Shown: positions 44,226 to 61,069 of the stretch, piece by piece
Position numbering within the stretch: position 1 is the stretch's first letter
Layout of the letters: each line of letters begins with the position of its first letter
NCBI RefSeq assembly: GCF_009914755.1
Contig: NC_060926.1
Direction: 5' to 3' (one strand)
DNA length: 64,000 nt
DNA from: the human T2T-CHM13v2.0 reference genome, Homo sapiens
Made by a program: the position numbers and the translations under genes
The notes under the pieces: generated by a model
Told to the model about the DNA's origin: nothing
Database searches by the model: none
What the model saw: only the letters and a program-made list of their open reading frames with translations

Positions 44226-45697
44226 CAGTTGCATTTGTGTTACTGTGAACAGCTTCATCAGGAGACACACAAGCCCGAATTTTATCACCAACTGAAAGTG
44301 GAGGGACAGTTAACACCCATTCCTGTCTGCCTTTTTCCCTGTTCAGGGGCTTCACTTCCCCCCCACCGCCCCCGTGCTCATGTTTTCCTTACCCTTCCTG
44401 AGTAAAATCACACCTTTTAATGGTACCATTTCTTAGACCCTAACGTTTGAGGAGTAGATCCTCTCTTGCGCTGTTAGCAACACCGCGAGGCTAAACTAGA
44501 ACACTCGGCCCGGAGTATTCACAGGTTACTGATGTGAAATGATCATGAAGGCGAGGGGACCGTGGAAGCAGGCACAAGAACTCTGGCACCGTAAAGAATG
44601 TCCCTCGTCTGCCTTCCAGGGTGCCTCGTAATCCTTAGTTCACAGCCCTGCCCTCGACTTTAACCCCTGTCAGTAAATGAAATCTTATTCTCTGGAGTGA
44701 AGGCAAGGGACATGCTCTTGCCAAAAACACTTCATCCGAATAACAATGTCCTATTTGTTATTTCTGTCAAGTAGTTCAGTCTACTTGTACGTTGTAGTTC
44801 CCCAAAGGTGACAAGGGCCCATTAAGTCATAACTTGTGACTTGGCCACTTATAAGGATCACCAGGCTGAGGACTGGATTCACGCTTCAGCTCAAATTCCA
44901 CTTCCTACCACAATCCCCCATCAAATGCCCTCCTCCCCTTGCCAAAGAAGCTCCAGAACGTTGCACTTCAGGCAGCTCAGGAGTAGTGCAGTTCTCACCC
45001 AGCCTTCCTAGTTAGGCTCCAACAAGGTCCTGATCGGGAAGTGCTCTGAGGCTGCAGTCAGTGCCCAATACCTTGTTCATGCTGGAGGTTAGAGCCACTC
45101 ACGGTCATGAGAAAGCCCACCTGCCAACGTGCCAAAGTTGTCCTTTAGGGGAAGAGCGGGCAGCCCAGCACACACCGCCCTTCAGGTACTCCCGGATGTG
45201 TCAGGAATCTTCTCCCTGGCCATGGCTGTGTCCTCACTGGCCATCTGGTTTCCAGAAGACATGAAGGACAGGGTAAGATTCTCCCCAGTCAGCAATCTCA
45301 GTACTGCAGAAAGACCCACTGGAGCTTTTCTCTACGAATACCATCCGCTTTCACCCGTTGACAGTCTACTTGCGGTCAACCAGCACACCTCCGCCACCGA
45401 GCACTTTAGACCCAAGAAGTGCCTAATAAGGATCTTAAGCTTTCGAACCTCCAGGAATCCTGCCACCAGCATTCACGCTGACTGAAGAGGATGGTGGTGG
45501 TTGCACAAGGCTGTGTCACTGCACAGCTATATGAGGCCTTCATGTTGTGTGTGCCCTTACAGTGTCCTCTAAAACCTTGCTCATGTCTGAGAACTGGCAG
45601 CCAAGTGTCCGTCCCCACTGTGGCTGGAAGGTGGGGTAGGTTCCACCTGAGGGCACGTCCGCCGGGAGCTAAATCTCCAAGGACCGTGACCCCCTGG

Positions 45698-46001
45698 TTT
45701 CTTTTCTTTTTTTCTTTTTTTATTTTTTTTTTTTGAGACGGAATCTTGCTCTGTCGCCCAGGCTGGAGTGCAGTGGCGCGATCTCGGCTCACTGCAAGCT
45801 CCACCTCGGGTTCACACCATTCTCCTACCTCAGCCCCCTGAGTAGCTGGGACTACAGGTGCCTGCTAATTTTTTGTATTTTTTAATAGAGACAGGGTTTC
45901 ACCGTGTTAGCCAGGCTGGTCTCGATCTCCTGACCTCGTGATCTGCCCGCCTCGGCCTCCCAAAGTGCTGGGATTACAGGCATGAGCCACCACCCCCAGC
46001 C
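45698..46001 (-). mobile_element. AluY/Sc-like
   Basis: Antisense Alu; TSD gaccccctggtttct on both sides. Confidence 0.9.
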
Positions 46002-47993
46002 AGACCCCCTGGTTTCTATGCAGAAGATTTCATCCTTTGCAATTTGTTAAATTTTTATTATTTTTTCTAGGTAGCACTTCAGTAGTAAGACAGACCCCAG
46101 AGATTTCTGGAAAAGAGTGACATTTTTTCAACATTCTGCACAAGATTGACAGGTTTTACAGATGAGCTTTAGCTCACAAGAGCCCCTTTCCCTTGGTAAT
46201 AATTTATTATCACCTAAATATTGGTGTTCCGTGGAAACAGCATGGTCTAGCACTAAGTTTTGGTAGCTGAGTCTTGTTTCCTTGAGATGCAACTGGCGTG
46301 CAAAGGCAGGAAGAGCCGCAGGCCAGCTGGGGAGGCTTCTGCCCAGAGGAAGTTTCCAGGCAAGACTGCACCCCTGATGGCTCCCTCTTTCTTCCCCGTG
46401 AACTGCAGCATGAAGACCTCAAGACCCCTCTAGCCCAAACCAATCCCAGGGAGCAAATACCCCTCCCCAGAAACACTGCTCACACACATTCATGGGGACC
46501 TTTGCATATATCCCATCATCTTAAAGTCCTCACCTGTGTGGAGAAAAAGGAGGTGAGGGTCCCTCTGCACCAAGTCCCCTCCTAACCCAAGGGGCACCTT
46601 TTCACGCTTAGCTGAATCTCTGTGTGGTCCTGGGCTCTCCCTAAGCCATTGAGGACCTGCTGGTTTCTGGGAACTCACTTCTTTGAAGATCCGGGGCGTG
46701 AGGTAGGGTTGGGTGCCAACCTGTGTCATCCAAACACATTAAGAGGGCCCTGTCAGTGCCCCACATCGTCCTTGACACCCGCTTCTGCTTATTGTGAATA
46801 CCTGTGACTCTGCCTCGGCACTCTCCTCTGGCCCCAAATGCAGGAATGACTGTCCCCAGAAGCAGCCCTCAGCTGCCAGTGTCCTTGGCCCTCAGCTGGG
46901 ACAGCTGCACTCCTGCCTTCCAGAGCCCGCAGCAGGGCTGAGCTCCGATGCCCACTGCATTAACCAGCTTGCTAGGAACCTTTTGTCAGATTATTTCCAT
47001 CCCCGGCTCACATCCCATTCTGTAGTATCTCCTGGGATCAAGTCCCAAATAAATAACCAACACTGGAACCCTTATCTGAGGGTGTGCTTCTGGGGTAACC
47101 CAAACTAAGACATGCTCATTTTGTTTCTTCTAACTCACAGCCATGCCCGTGATCAGCCAGATGAGAGGGCTCTCTCCTGAAAGAGAAGGCCAGTGAGACA
47201 GCAAACAGGGCTGCCTGCCCTTCTGGAAGCATCCTTCCTGTCTCTTTTGCCTCAATATTTAAGAGAGGCTGGCCCCCGAGTATGCATCAAAGCCTGACAC
47301 CAGGTAGGGAGAAGCCCAGCTCAGCAGAGCCGCTCTTGGCCACAGCTCCTACTGCCTAAAGAAGCTGTTCTGAGACCCCCGACACAGGCTTGCTGTCCCC
47401 CAGTCAGCCAGTGCCCCCTGACTCTTATCCTTTCAAAAGCAGCTGGATAGGACACACTATCTGCTCCCAAATAGTTCTTCATGGTCATCAAACATGCTAG
47501 CAAAACTGGAAAACCCCAGATTTTCTCATGTTCTGCCCCCTTTAAAAAAAAAGACTTGAAAGGTATAGTCTAGCCCAACAAAATGATTGCACAATTGGGA
47601 ATTGGAGCCAGAATTTTAGGAAACGTCCAGGTTGAGAAAAGAATTTGGATGGGGACAGTGGAGAGAGGGCTAGGGTCTATGTGGAGGCAGAGCCCGCCCA
47701 ATGGTGCTAAGGCAGCTCAAAGACGCCTGAAGGGGCCTCTCTGCCTTGCGGGGTCCCCATGAGCTTTCCCTGCAGTCAACTTGCTTTCATTTTTTAAAAA
47801 TGTCCACTGGGTGGCAGTAGAGCTCCTTGTTTTCAGCAGGCTCTGAGCTGGAGGGAATGGAGCGTTCTAGGGCAAATCTGGGCAACAACAGAGAACCTGG
47901 GATGTCGTGGACCCAAATGCCCTGAACGTCCTGGACGCCTTTTTGAGCAAAAAGGCAGGGACAGTCTAAGGGGGTTATGAAAAGAATGACAGA

Positions 47994-48510
<517 letters not shown>

Positions 48511-48807
48511 TCACTGTGTTATATTTGTTAAAATTAAGGAACCAATATGGATACACTATTATTAGGTAAAGTCCATACTTTGTTCTGAGTTCCTTGTTTT
48601 CCATGATGTCTCTTTCCTGTTCCCAGATCCCATCCAGGATCCTATGTTCTATTTAGTTGAGAGTTTCTCAGACTTTGGTTTTTGCTGACAGTTTCAAAAA
48701 GTACTCATCAGGTATTTGTGGAATCTCCCTCGACTGGGATTTGTCTGCCTTTTTTCTCATGATTAGGATGAGATTATGGGGTTTGGGAGGAAGACCATAC
48801 AGATTAA

Positions 48808-49296
<489 letters not shown>

Positions 49297-49624
49297 TGAG
49301 GAAGTCACTATAAGCAGCCCACACCTACCAAGTAGGGAGTTATGCTCCACCTTCCTGAGAATGGAGTATCTACATACATTATTTACCATTTTTCTGCATG
49401 AAGATTTGTCTCTTTTCCATTACGTTTTTTTTTTCCTGTAAAATTCTTTCAATTTTCTGTATGCTTGAAATATTTCATAATGAAAAGGAGGGAAAAAAAT
49501 GGCTGGGGTGGGGACGATGATATACATCCTGCACATGCTACCAAGTACAAGGGCACGGGGGTTTCAGGGGCGTCTGGGGATGCAGCAACACATGCAGCAC
49601 CTTCTCCAGAATTCACTTTCCCAC

Positions 49625-49962
49625 TGTCATGGTTTGGCTGCGTCCTTACCCAAATCTCATCTTGAATTGTAGCTTCCATAATTCCCACATGTTGTGGGAG
49701 GGACCTTGTGTGAGGTAATTGAATCATGGGGGTGGGTCTTTCCCATGCTGTTCTCACGAGATCTGATGGTTTTATAAAGGGGAGTTCCCCTACACAAGTT
49801 CTCTCTCGTCTGCCGCCATGTAAGACGTGCCTTTTGCCTTTTGCCATGATTGTCAGGCCTCCCCAGCCATGTGGGACTGTGAGTCCACTAAATCTCTTTT
49901 CGTTTATAAATTACCCAGTCTCAGGTATGTCTTTATTAGCAGCATGAGAACAGACTAATACA
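49625..49962 (+). mobile_element. THE1 (MaLR) solo LTR
   Basis: tg..atggtttggctg.gtcc..acccaaatctcatcttgaattgtag...cagactaataca; 5-bp TSD CCCAC/CCAAC. Confidence 0.9.
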
Positions 49963-50679
49963 CCAACTGCCCAGCGGCTGCAGCACACAGAGGTCAACAA
50001 CAATCTCACCTGCACTGTGTCCAAATCAGAACTAGATGGAGGCCCACCAATCAGGACCCCAAAGCTCAGGATGCCACTGCCTCCTGGTTTCTTAAGCTAG
50101 CAATGTGGGAATCACCCTTGCCTGGCCTCCTCCCCCATCTAATCGAAAGCAAATCATGTTCTGCCTTAAAACGCTTTAGTTTCAAGGTTGCAAGTCAAAC
50201 ATCCTTGAAACTATTAGAGCAAGCCTTCTAAAATTACAAGAAAGTTCGTTTCCCTTCTTAGGAAACAGAAATGCAATTTTATGAGGAAGCCATGCAGAAT
50301 ACGTACAGATTTCATTTAAGTGTTCTAGTAACTGATAGGCAAATCATTGCTAACCTTGTCCTTACTCATCTGAGAAACCCAACTACATCTTCCTAAAGCA
50401 CCCATGACAGCAGATTCCCCATTCATTCGAGTTCTTCATTAACAGCCAACAATCCTCATTAATGCTTGGTGAGTGATTACCAAGGGCTTCCCGAGGGATA
50501 ATTCACTCAGTCCTCAGGCCACTCAGAAGCACAGGTTACTCTATTCTGATTTTGCAGAGGAGGAAACAGAGAGATTAAGCCAAGACCAAACAGCAGTAGG
50601 TAGCAGAGAGGTGGCTGCGACATCTCTTTTCTTTCTCTTCCCCTCTTTTTCTTCCTTTCTCTCTCCCCTCCCCTCCCCT

Positions 50680-50973
50680 TCTCTTTTCTTTTCTTTTTGT
50701 GAGACAGAGTTTTGCTCTTGTTGCCCAGGCTGGAGTGCAATGGCGCGATCTCAGCTCACCACAACATCCGCCTCCTGGGTTCACTCCTGCCTCAGCCTCC
50801 CGAGTAGCTGGGATTACAGGCGTACATCACCACACCCGCCTAATTTTGTATTTTTAGTAGAGATGGGGTTTCTCCACGTTGGCCAGGCTGGTCTCGACTC
50901 CCTACCTCAGATGATCCGCCCCCCTCGGCCTCCCAAAGCGCTAGGATTACCGACGTGAGCCACCGCGCCCAGC
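50680..50973 (-). mobile_element. AluS-like with pyrimidine-rich tail
   Basis: Antisense Alu dimer. Confidence 0.88.
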
Positions 50974-51149
50974 TGACATTTCTTTTCATTAGTCCAGCCC
51001 TCTGCGCCCTCTTCCAAATGCCTGGCTTCCTCCAGAACCTCCAGAGCACATTGTTGGGGCCTGAGGAGCAGTGCCAAGGGTCCCGGAATCCCATCTGCTC
51101 TGATCAGCAGTCACAGGACCGCCGACGAGGAAAGAGGATTTGCCACCGT

Positions 51150-52100
51150 CCCCTGACAGGTTAGAACCAGAACGTTCCGCCCTGCTGGGCCCAGGGCCAG
51201 GCTCGGAGCAGGCTTCTCAAACTGCAGGGTCCAGGCCACCCATCGGGGGTCTGGCGGTCTAGGGTGGGGCCCGAGACTCCAAACTAGGCTGCCGTGAGGA
51301 CCACACCGGGAGGCGCCGTGGGGGGCGGGAGACCTCAGCCGCGGGGCGGAGAAGGGCCAGGCGCGCGCTCCTGGAGGTACGGGGCGCGCAGCCCCGAGGT
51401 GTGCCCGGGCCGAGGTGGGCGTCTCCCGGGCGCGCCCGGGCGTATGGCGGCGTCGCTGGGATGCCAGATCCCAGGGAGCTCACCGAGGCCACGCCGATGG
51501 CCACCCGGGTGGAGCCTGGGCTGTGGGCTTCGCCTGCGTCCCCGCGGCCTGTCCACGCGTCCGGCACCCGGAGCTAGGGCGTGGCCAGGTCGGAAGCCGG
51601 CTTAGCGCGCCTTTCACCCCTGGCCCCACCCAGGGCTCAGCCCAGCGCCGCGGCGGGCCCGGGCTCCCAGGTCTGCGGCTTTCACTGGGCCGCGTCCCTG
51701 CAGAGGGCCCCGGCGACTGGGGAGGAGGCCGCCCTTTCCTTCCGGCCCGCGACCGCCCCGGGCTGTCCCTACCCAAGGGAGACCCCCAGCGGCCCGGAGC
51801 CTCAGACTCTCCGGGAGCCAGGCGGCGGCGCCCCAGGGCTGGGGCCTTGGAGCCTGGGAAAGCAACCGGGGGTCTCTGGGGAGTCCTGAGCGCAGGCGCC
51901 CGCCCACGGCCAAGACCGTGGCCCAGCCCTCCTCAGACCTCCCAAGGGGGCCTGCCTGTCCCTGCGGCCTGAGAGCCTGTCCCTGCTGCCCCGACGTCCA
52001 GTCCCTACTGCCCCGAGGTCCTGTCCCTGCGGCCCTGCCCTTAGAGCCTCTCCCTGCTGCCCCAGAGCCTGTCCCTGCTGTGTCGAAGGCCTGTGCAGGA
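51150..52100. promoter_or_regulatory. CpG island with no recognisable associated gene in this window
   Basis: Abrupt very GC-rich, CpG-dense non-Alu segment with GC boxes (GGGCGG) and GCGCGC sites; limits approximate. Confidence 0.85.
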
Positions 52101-52160
52101 CTCGAGGCCGTCTCCCACTCAGAGGGCCTGTCCTTGCTGCCCCAAGGGACTGTCCCTGAC
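51953..52160 (+). repeat. Degenerate ~21-bp minisatellite (core GCCTGTCCCTGCTGCCCC)
   Basis: About 8 imperfect copies of the cctgtccctgc core at ~21-nt spacing. Confidence 0.7.
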
Positions 52161-53507
52161 GCAGGGCCTAGGCCTGGAAAGTGGACACTCAAGAGTCCCC
52201 AGGTGATGTTTGGGGTCCGTCTGCCAGAAAGCTGTTCTGCTCCGATGGCGGCAGCAGCCTCTGCCTCCCCCACTGAGTGCAGGACTCAGCTCTTCCTGGC
52301 TTGGGGTGCAGTGCAGAAGGGGACCCTCCTTGAGCCCTGGCAAGCACGGGAGGCGCTTCTGCAAGAGGCAGCTGCTGGCTGAGCCTGGTGCCCAGGGAGG
52401 TGGTGACGAGGACGCACTCCTTCCAGTTCACTGGGCGACTCTAAGGGACACCAATACAGGGATTGGTGGGCCGGCCCCCCGAGAGAGTCAAGGGAAGAAG
52501 CAATACACATGGTGTCGCCCTGCTCAGTCCACCCCAGACCACCACCAGCCAGGCGTGGAGACAGGACCAGAAGGACAGCTGCTGGGCTCTGGGGGTGCTG
52601 AGCAGGGGTGAAAGCGTCCTAGAGGCTTGGTGCCGACCTGGACACGGCCCGGCCCAGGCGTGGACTCCCCACTTGGGAGCGTTTGTGAAGTGAGGAGAAC
52701 CCCATGCCACTGCCACATGGCTTCTGTCACCTGCATCCAGTCACAGTTCCTGAGGAAAGGGTCCCCGAGATCCCCGTTGGCCACACTAGGTGCGAGGGAG
52801 GAAGCCTGGGCCAGTGGCTGTCCCTATGGACACCGCGGGTGGTTTCTCGTTGACATACATGGGAACGTCGCTGAGGCCAGGAAGACGGCAAATCCTTTAT
52901 TCCTTGTATAAGAGGTGGGCCTTTGACCCAGACCTGCAGTTGTGAAGGACAAAGTGTTAAAAACTGTCTCAGTGAAAGATCCTGTCAGTTTAAATATTAC
53001 TACATTTTGAAAATGTGAGAGACGAAATGTCAAGTTCATGCAGGCATTGAAGCCAAGTGCAATGGCAGGACATGTGCTTCCCCTCTCCCCAGCCTGCTTT
53101 CCTCAGCTCTGTGCAGGCCGGAGAGAGTAAGAGCTACCTCCTAGGTCTTCTGTGAGCACTAAATAAGCCAGGGTTTGTGAGGACCTCGGAGAGTGCCTGG
53201 CTTAACATATGCTTGCTTGGAAAAACCACTGGGTGTCACGTGTGTAGCATGACCTTCAGGACACTGCTTGCCTTGACTCATCACCCCTGTTTGATGGATG
53301 AAAGCACAGCCACTCACTGGCATTTACTGTGCTAGAAACATCCTGGTGCCTTCCCTGCTTGGGCCACCGTGTTTTGTAGCCACTGTTACAGCTAGTGCGT
53401 GCTGAACCCTGCTGCCAGCCCAGGCGGTGCTGAGTGTGGCTCTGTCTCGGTCCTTCCACCCTCACACAGTGAGGTCAGGACTGCCAGGACAGTGAAGCAC
53501 ACTGGGT

Positions 53508-54218
53508 AGGAGTCCAGCAGGTTCAGCCTGTCCACTGCCTAGTCAGAGCCGATTTACCAAGACAGGGGAATTGCAACAGAGAAATTCACACAAAGCCAGA
53601 GTTGTATTATTACTCAAATCGGTATCCCCGAGCATTCTGGGATCAGAATTTTAAAGGATAATTTGGTGGGTGGGGAGTTAGTGAGTCGGGATTGCTGATT
53701 GGTTGGGTCAGAGATGAAATCATAGGGAGTCGAAGCTGTCCTCTTGCCCTGAGTCAGTTCCTGGGTGGTGGCCACAAGATCAGATGAGCCAGCTTATGCA
53801 TCAGCTTATCCATCAGCTGTGTGGTGCCAGCTGATCCATCAGGTGCAAGGTCTGCAAAATATCTCAAGCACTGATCTTAGGTTTTGCAATAGTGATGTTA
53901 TCCCCAGGAGCGATTTGGGGAGGGTCAGAATCTTGTAGCCTCCAGCTGCATAACGCCTAAACCATAATTTCTATTCTTTTGGCTAATTTGTTAATCCTAC
54001 AAAGGCAGTCTAGTCCCCAGGCAAGAAAGGGGTTTGTTGGGAAAGGGCTGTTATCATCTTGGTTTTAAACTATAAACTATAAACTAAGTTCCTCCTAAAG
54101 TTAGTTCCACCTACACCCAGGAATGAACAAGGACAGCTTGGAGGTTAGAAGCAAGATGGAGGTGGTCAGGTCAGATCTCTTTCAGTGTCTCAGTTATAAT
54201 TTTGCAATGGTGATTTCA
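53508..54218 (-). mobile_element. LTR8-family solo LTR (ERV1)
   Basis: Reverse complement begins TGAAATCACCATTGCAAAATTATAACTGAGACAC, homologous to the copy at 61070. Confidence 0.85.
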
Positions 54219-55037
54219 AGAACAGTCACCCTGAAGTTCAGGACACACAAGAAAGCACTCCCGATTTGGCCTCTGCTCCCAGCTAGGATTTAGGTCACAA
54301 GAGACTTCAGTCTTGTGGTAACAAGAAGAAAACAAATAAAATAAGAAACAGCGTGCTTCTTATGAAGCTAGCAAAAAGTGGTAGCAACAAGGAACCCGGA
54401 AGAAGTAAATTCCGGAGCATTCTGAGGTTGTTGTAGGTGAATGGGAAGCTGAGGCAGCTTCCATACGGGGAGGTGATGCCTCATCTGGGTGAGAGCAGTT
54501 CTGCCGAGGATGGAGAGACTTTTAGGGGAAATCAGTCAGATTTTGAAAAACAGGGCTATGGGGCAGACTGGAGTCTGGACGAGCCTCAAACACAAGAACA
54601 GATCACTTGGCCCAGAAATATCCTGCTCTGGTTTTGCTAAGAAAACAGCAATAGGGCAAAGGATGATAACTAGAAAGAAACTGTGTAATCCGAAACATTC
54701 TTGCAGTGATTGGATCCTGGGGCTCTGCCAGCATTGAATCCAAAGGTGAACCAAAAATAGCTGAAATTGAAGACAATCAGCTCCCTGTCTATAAGATCAA
54801 AAGGCAGTGGCTCAGGAGACTGGGGACTGGGCTCCCCATAGAGAATGCCCCTGATTAAAGCTGCAGCCCAGTCAAACTCATCTTGTTCTAGAAGGAATCT
54901 GAAAGATCCATCCCTGCACCAGATGGAGGGAAAGGCTTACCATCAACTATGATTGTTTGTGAAATAACATCATCCCACACATCCAAGAAACTCAACGAAC
55001 CCCAAGTATGATCAATGAAAAGAGATCCACATGGTAG

Positions 55038-55389
<352 letters not shown>

Positions 55390-55400
55390 ATACCAAGAGT

Positions 55401-55833
55401 TGTTAAAGCAAACTAACTGTGGCCTGAGAAGGACTCCATACTTCCATGTTTGAGTCCTTGTGGATGAACTGCAACCTAACTTAATAGGTAGACAAGATTG
55501 AAAACTTAACTTAGGAGTATGCACCTGTAACAATAGCTGAGTCTTGGCCAATCCTAGTGGCCCTACTTCAACCACTCATACACGGCTGTGTTCAGACTGT
55601 GTTGAAATAAGGCAAATGCTGAGCTGTAACCAGTCCAGTTGTTTCTGTACCCCACTTCCAATTTCTGTATGCCACTTGACTTTCTTTTTGGTCTATAAAT
55701 TTGTTCTGACCACGAGACACTCCTGGAGTCCCTCTGAATCTGCTGTGATTCTGGGGGCTGCCCAATTCATGAATCATTCATTGTTCAATTAAACTCCTTT
55801 CAGTTTAATTCGGCCGAAGTTTTTCTTTTAACA
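55401..55833 (+). mobile_element. MER57A-like solo LTR (ERV1)
   Basis: TGTTAAAG...TTTTAACA inverted termini; TSD GAGT/GAGG; CCAAT, TATAAA and ATTAAA in order. Confidence 0.75.
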
Positions 55834-56244
55834 GAGGAAATCTTGAAAGGAGTAAGAGAAAAACACCCATCCATCGGGGAACAACAATACAATTACTGGC
55901 TGGCTTCTCTCATCTGCAACTATAGAAGCCAGAAGGCAGTGGAATGGCATATTTTGAGTGCTAAGGAAAAAACTGTCAGTCAACTATTCTATATCCAGCA
56001 AAACTGCACTTCAAAAATGCAGGCTGAATAAAGATATTTTCAGATAAATGAAGACTGAGAGACTTGATTGCTAGCTGGTCTGACTCAAAAGAAATACTGG
56101 AGAAAGTCCTTTAGGGTGAAAGGAGAGGATACCAGATGTTTTAAGCTGAATCCACAGGGTAAATCCAAGTAAATAGTACCAGAAATCATACATATATACA
56201 TTTATATAACAGATAAACATGTTTTGCTTTTATTTCTTCTTTTA

Positions 56245-56747
<503 letters not shown>

Positions 56748-57144
56748 TTATTTATTCATAATAACTATAACCTTGAAACCATCCAATGTCCAACAGCTAA
56801 TGAATGTATAAACAAAGTCTGATAGATTCATACAGTGGAATACTATTCAACAATGAAAAGGAAGAGACTACTGGTCCACACTACAACATGGATGAACCTG
56901 AAAAACATTATGCCAACTGAAAGAATCCAGGCACAAAAGACTTCCTATTATATGATCCCATTTATATGAACTGTCCCAAGTTTATGAGAACAGAAAGCAG
57001 ATCTGTGGTCGTTTAGGGCTGAGGATGGGGCAAAAACTAATTGCAGATGGACATGAGGGAACACTTTGGGGTGATTAAAATGTTCTAACACTGGATTATA
57101 AAGATAGTTGCTCAATTCCATAAATTTACTAAAAATCATTGAAT

Positions 57145-57225
57145 TGAAAAAAGTAGCAATTAACCAAAATAATGAAAAAGTAGCAATTAACCAAAATGAT
57201 GAAAAAAGTATCATTTAACCAAAAA
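57145..57225 (+). repeat. ~27-bp tandem repeat, 3 copies
   Basis: tgaaaaaagtagcaattaaccaaaat repeated three times imperfectly. Confidence 0.8.
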
Positions 57226-57229
57226 ATGA

Positions 57230-57571
<342 letters not shown>

Positions 57572-57728
57572 TAAAGTTCAGAAACACTTTATTGTTAAAA
57601 AAAAAAGTTGGTGTTTTTTTATTGAATAAATATGATCTATTGATAAATAAATTAATAATTGCTAATACATTTTTCTTAGTACAAAGTAGTGGTAAAATAT
57701 CATTATAATATGGAAATAAATAATAATT

Positions 57729-58071
<343 letters not shown>

Positions 58072-59037
58072 TCAATTGAAGGTGAAATAAAGACACTTCT
58101 GAAGAAATTGCAGCTGAGAGATTTCATAGCCTATAGACTCACCAGACAAGAGATGCTACAGGGAGCTCATTAGCTGAAGAGAAATGATACAGATGAAAAC
58201 AGGAAGGTATAAAGAGAGCCAGAAATACAAATTTATGGGTAAATATAAAAGACAATTTTTATCTCTTGTCTTCATTTCTTTAAAAGGCAAAAAAATAATA
58301 TGGAGTTTATTATAACAAATGTGAAGCAAAATCTATGACACGGATAGATCAAAGACAACAGAGGAATAATTATACTAATGTAATGTTCTTGTATTATACA
58401 GAAGTGGTTTAATATTAATTCAATGTACACTGTGATAAATTAAGGATACATGTTTTATTGACTGCCTGAAGCAACCACTTAAAAAAAATCAAATAAATGG
58501 AAACAAAGATGTATATCTGAAAAACCAACAGAGGAGATAAGATAAAATACCACAACATACCTGATTAATTCTCAACAAGACAGAAAAACAGAAGCCACAA
58601 ACAAATAACAGATAGGATAAATCGAAAACAAATAGCAAAATGATGAACTGAAACCTCAACCATATCAATACGTACGTTAAATGTAAACAGGGTAACCACT
58701 CCATTTCGAAGACAACAACCGTTAAGATGACAGCAAGAACGAGAGGAGAAAACAAAAAACATGGTTGAACTGAATAAAAAACAAGCCCCAACTACATACT
58801 GTTTACAATAAATGTACTTTAAATATAAAGATACAGATACAAAGATAAAAAGTAAAAGGATTAAGAAGAACATGCAAACACTAATCACAAGAAAGCTGGC
58901 GTAACCATATTAATATCAATAGACTTTGAGGCAAGAGGCATTACCAAAGATAAAGAGACATAGTTCTTAATGATAATCGAGTTAATTTATCAAGAAGATA
59001 ACAACCCTAAATGTGTCTGTATCTAATGACAGTTTGA

Positions 59038-59926
<889 letters not shown>

Positions 59927-61069
59927 TGCCTTTCTCTGTCATTAATGGAATAAGCAGACAAAATCCAGTGAAGACAGCAGCTTCCTCTGGATACCCCCCT
60001 GCACTTTGCTGCCACTGCCCAGCCCAAGGGAGTCAGTCACGGAAGTCTCCAAGGAGCAGAAGAGCCAGTGGCTCTCAGAGGTGGAAATGAGAGATGAAAA
60101 GCAAAATGCCAAGTTGACTGAGATTTTGGAGCTCTTGGTTGCAGCTGTTCTTCCAGACCAAGAATTAAAAGCTCATGGCCTTTGAACAAGGCCATAGGAG
60201 AAATGACTTGGTGCATCCATATGACATGGATTCTGGCTTATTCTTTCATGAAAACCCTACAGAGGTCGAAACTTAGCTCCATCAGCTCTGCCAAGCATGC
60301 ACTGTCCACACTTAATGGGGCCCTACCAGACTTGAGATTTTTTCCATACATTTTCTATTATTCAGTGGCTGGTGAGGTAAAGCGAGCCGTAGAAACAAAA
60401 TAAGCAACGGGTGACTACACCTGCTCCTATTCTATATCCTGCTTTTGGAAACCTACAGCCTTCCTGACAAGGATGACTTCAGGAAGAGAAAGGAAACGGT
60501 CATCAAAACAATCACTGACGTCTCCAAGGAAAGACACACGTGAGGCAGGGCCGAGCACCCCACTAAGCCCAGCCTACATCAACAGACACCCAGCCAACCC
60601 TGAGGCACAGGAGCGCGCCCAGCCAAGATCACCAATGTCCCCCACAGCCCAATCTCAGAATTGGTCAACCCCCAGCAGCCCCTGAGACATATAAGCAAGT
60701 CAGGCAGAGGGCTGTCAAGCTTAGCCAACTTTCAGCTGAACCTGAGACACCGGAGTGAGCTCAGCTGAGGTCAGCAGAACTTCCCAGCCATGCCCAGCCC
60801 AAATCAGCCAACCTCCAGCTGACCTGCAGCCTCATCATCAACAACACCTGGCTGCTCATTAAGCTAGACAAGGCTGGTCTCCCCCATAGCCCAGGGACCA
60901 GATTCTACATTGCAGAAGTGCTCAGGTGGCCCAAACCTCCTGTCACACATTCTATCCAGCATCTAATACCTTCTAAGGGCTTCTGACTCATCAAACACTT
61001 CACTCCTATAAGAAGAGTTGAATGTCGTGTCTTCCTTGTTCATGTTGGCCGGCTTATTTCTTGAACTAT

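Noticed and set aside
51259-52911. Many overlapping 70-219 aa ORFs on both strands
   Set aside because: Expected from stop-codon scarcity in GC-rich DNA; low-complexity Pro/Arg/Gly/Ala sequences with no recognisable domain
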